DNA of 64,000 nucleotides from an uncultured Gemmatimonadales bacterium (GTDB lineage Bacteria; Gemmatimonadota; Gemmatimonadetes; Gemmatimonadales; GWC2-71-9). Within the stretch, counting starts at the first letter, position 1. Every line of letters starts with the position of its first letter. Location of the stretch: positions 256,147-320,146 of the forward strand of contig CAVUMU010000011.1 in the NCBI GenBank assembly GCA_963742755.1. The letters run 5' to 3'. The translations under genes and the position numbers were made by a program. This document shows positions 62,106 through 64,000 of this stretch, in pieces. The notes under the pieces were generated by a model. That model saw only the letters and a list, made by a program, of their open reading frames with translations. It was not told where the DNA came from and did no database searches.

Positions 62106-62265
62106 GGGAGCGAGGTCCCCCAATGGCGCGTTTGTGGCCGTGGGTGGGGCAGTAGGCGACGGTAGTCTGCTGGCGCGGTTCGGTGGCGTTGGCCGAAGAG
62201 CTGTGCCTCATCGGAAGGGCGGGGCAAGCCGTGGCGTGACCAGTACACCTGCTATCCTTCCCAGC

Positions 62266-63549
62266 ATGCCTAAGCCAGCCAAGAGCTCATCCAAAGATAG
62301 AAGCGGCGACCACGAGCTTCTCATGGTGGGGGGCCGGGAGGTCCCCATCTCCAACCCAGAGAAGGTTCTCTTTCCCGAACCGGGATACACCAAGCTCGAC
62401 CTCGCCCGCTACTATCTCGCCGTGGCCGACGGCGCGCTGCGTGGTGCCGGCGGCCGGCCCAACATGCTGGTGCGCTATCCCAACGGCATTGCCGAAGAAT
62501 TTTTCTATCAGAAGCGTGCCCCCGCTTCACGCCCGCCCTGGATCGAGGTGGTGTCACTCCGCTTCCCCTCGGGGCGCAGCGCCGACGAGGTGGTGCCACG
62601 CGACCCGGCGGCATTGGTGTGGCTCGCCAACCTGGCCTGCCTGGAGCTGCATCCCCACCCGGTCCGCGCCGATGATCTCGAGCATCCCGACGAGCTCAGG
62701 GTGGATCTCGATCCGGTGCCTGGCGTAACCTGGGCGCAGGTGCGCGAGGTGGCCCATGTGGCCGACGCGACGCTGCGAGACTTCGGGCTGGTCGGCTGGC
62801 CGAAGACCTCGGGCTCCCGCGGGATGCATCTGAATGTTCGGCTGGAGCGTCGTTGGAGATTCGACGAGGTGCGCCGAGCGGCGCTGGCGCTGGCGCGGGA
62901 AGTCGAGCGTCGGGCGCCAGCCATCGCCACGAGCAAATGGTGGAAAGAGGAACGGCACGGGGTGTTCGTGGACTACAACCAGAACGCCAAGGACCGCACC
63001 GTGGCCTCCGCGTATTCAGTGCGGCCCAGGCCCCACGCGCCGGTTTCGGCGCCGCTCAGCTGGGACGAGGTGGACGACAGCGAGCCGGGCGACTTCACCC
63101 TGGCGACGATGCCGGCCCGCTTCGCCAGCATCGGGGACCGCCACGAGGGGATCGACCGGCATCCCGGATCGCTCGATGGCCTCCTCGAACTGTCTGCCCG
63201 GCATCAGCACGACGGGCTCGGCGACGCGCCCTGGCCGCCACACTACAAGAAACAGCGGGGTGAGCCGGCCCGGGTCCAGCCCTCCAAGGCCCGCGCCGCC
63301 AAGCACCCCCTGATCGAGATCGGACGAGCCCAGCGCAAAGCGGACGCGCTGGCCGGATTCGAGCGATGGAAGGCTCGCCACCCGGACGCCGCGGCACACC
63401 TCCGGCCTGCCGACGTGCTGGTCGATTCCATGCGGGGGCGCTCATCCACCTGGACCCGGGTTCGCGTCAACCTGGAGCAGGTGCCGCCGGCAGTGCGGCC
63501 GGCTCAGGAGCCACTGGATCCGGACGAAAAGACCTTCTCCAAGTCGTAG
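62266..63549 (+). CDS. LigD-type primase-polymerase (PolDom) with C-terminal extension
   Basis: VPISNPEKVLFPEPGYTKLDLARYY, LELHPHP, ELRVDLDP, GWPKTSGSRGMHL and VFVDYNQNAKDRTVASAYSVRP. Confidence 0.85.
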   Translation: MPKPAKSSSKDRSGDHELLMVGGREVPISNPEKVLFPEPGYTKLDLARYYLAVADGALRGAGGRPNMLVRYPNGIAEEFFYQKRAPASRPPWIEVVSLRFPSGRSADEVVPRDPAALVWLANLACLELHPHPVRADDLEHPDELRVDLDPVPGVTWAQVREVAHVADATLRDFGLVGWPKTSGSRGMHLNVRLERRWRFDEVRRAALALAREVERRAPAIATSKWWKEERHGVFVDYNQNAKDRTVASAYSVRPRPHAPVSAPLSWDEVDDSEPGDFTLATMPARFASIGDRHEGIDRHPGSLDGLLELSARHQHDGLGDAPWPPHYKKQRGEPARVQPSKARAAKHPLIEIGRAQRKADALAGFERWKARHPDAAAHLRPADVLVDSMRGRSSTWTRVRVNLEQVPPAVRPAQEPLDPDEKTFSKS

Positions 63550-64000
63550 GAGGGGGTGACCTCGAGCTGGTCGTAGCGGCAATCGGCCGGCTGCTTGTCC
63601 GGCCGCCAGCGCAGGAAGGTCGTGGCATGGCGGAACCGGTCGCCCTGCAAGTGATCGTACTTCACCTCGCACACCCGCTCGATCCGGAGCGGCTCCCATG
63701 ACAGATCCTTGCCGGCGCTCCAGCGGCTCTGCGCGCCGGGCATCCGGTTGAGCTCGCCCGCGCCGGCCTGGGCCCACTCCCGCCAGGGATGGGCCTCCAT
63801 GGCGTTCTTCCTCAGCGGCTCGAGCTCTTTGACCAGCTCCTTTCGTTTAGCCATGGTGAAGGACGACGTTACCCCGACGTGATGCAGCACCCCCCGGTCG
63901 TCGTAGAGTCCGAGCAGTAGAGAGCCCACCGCATCCTTCCCGCTCTTGTGCCGGCGAAACCCGGCCACGACGCACTCGGCCGTCCGCGCATGCTTCACCT
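63504..64000 (-). CDS. ATP-dependent DNA ligase, C-terminal OB-fold part (5' end outside the window)
   Basis: ECVVAGFRRHKSG..VGSLLLGLYDD.GVLHHVGVTSSFT ... RFRHATTFLRWRPDK. The frame is open to the window edge. Its 3' end overlaps the convergent PolDom gene by 46 nt. Confidence 0.8.
   Translation of the reverse strand, partial: VKHARTAECVVAGFRRHKSGKDAVGSLLLGLYDDRGVLHHVGVTSSFTMAKRKELVKELEPLRKNAMEAHPWREWAQAGAGELNRMPGAQSRWSAGKDLSWEPLRIERVCEVKYDHLQGDRFRHATTFLRWRPDKQPADCRYDQLEVTPSYDLEKVFSSGSSGS

Noticed and set aside
1-64000. Scan for CRISPR arrays, rRNA genes, long tandem repeats and IS inverted repeats.
   Set aside because: None found by eye. The only regularly spaced short repeats are the 11-bp-phased CTTCA promoter elements.

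Overview
High-GC (about 65-72% by eye) bacterial chromosomal window with roughly 70 genes. I found no rRNA, CRISPR array, transposase or integrase. Most long ORFs antisense to the calls below are high-GC shadow frames.

Left end (1-12.4 kb): a secreted TPR protein, a LuxR-type regulator and a tRNA-Ala(CGC)/tRNA-Gln(CTG) pair. Several tRNA-Gln-derived fragments follow. They include a perfect 31-bp direct repeat bracketing a 5.7-kb segment (TPR Ser/Thr kinase, TetR+SDR with matching 18-bp palindromic operators, a lower-GC secreted protein). A YciI-like gene and an alanine/glycine:cation symporter sit between copies of a second short repeat family.

Centre (12.9-48 kb): a dense stress/dormancy-style cluster.
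- Regulation and stress: four tandem-domain universal stress proteins, a cytoplasmic GAF histidine kinase with an OmpR-type response regulator, two CBS-pair proteins and an Acg-type nitroreductase.
- Transport: a PCP-motif P1B ATPase, a P2-type cation ATPase and a Ca/Na exchanger.
- Metabolism: a beta-PGM/trehalose-phosphatase fusion coupled to a GH65 phosphorylase, PEP synthase, a D-2-hydroxyacid dehydrogenase and acetate kinase.
- Other: phosphoribosyltransferase plus dienelactone hydrolase, and a radical-SAM gene with a DUF4130::DUF72 fusion.

Right end: NhaA and CPA2 antiporters, a PDZ pseudo-protease, DUF2254, an ECF sigma/anti-sigma pair, a redoxin operon, a nitroreductase, PadR+DUF4153 and a split LigD-type NHEJ module.

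The most notable signal is CTTCA direct repeats phased at exactly 11 bp. They lie 40-200 nt upstream of the start codons of most operons in the central cluster, which suggests a shared operator, possibly for the local OmpR-type regulator. The cluster's content parallels the mycobacterial DosR regulon.

Several genes appear frameshifted or truncated (otsB-like fusion, DUF4130::DUF72, an ABC ATPase and four small remnants). This could be real decay or indel errors in the assembly.
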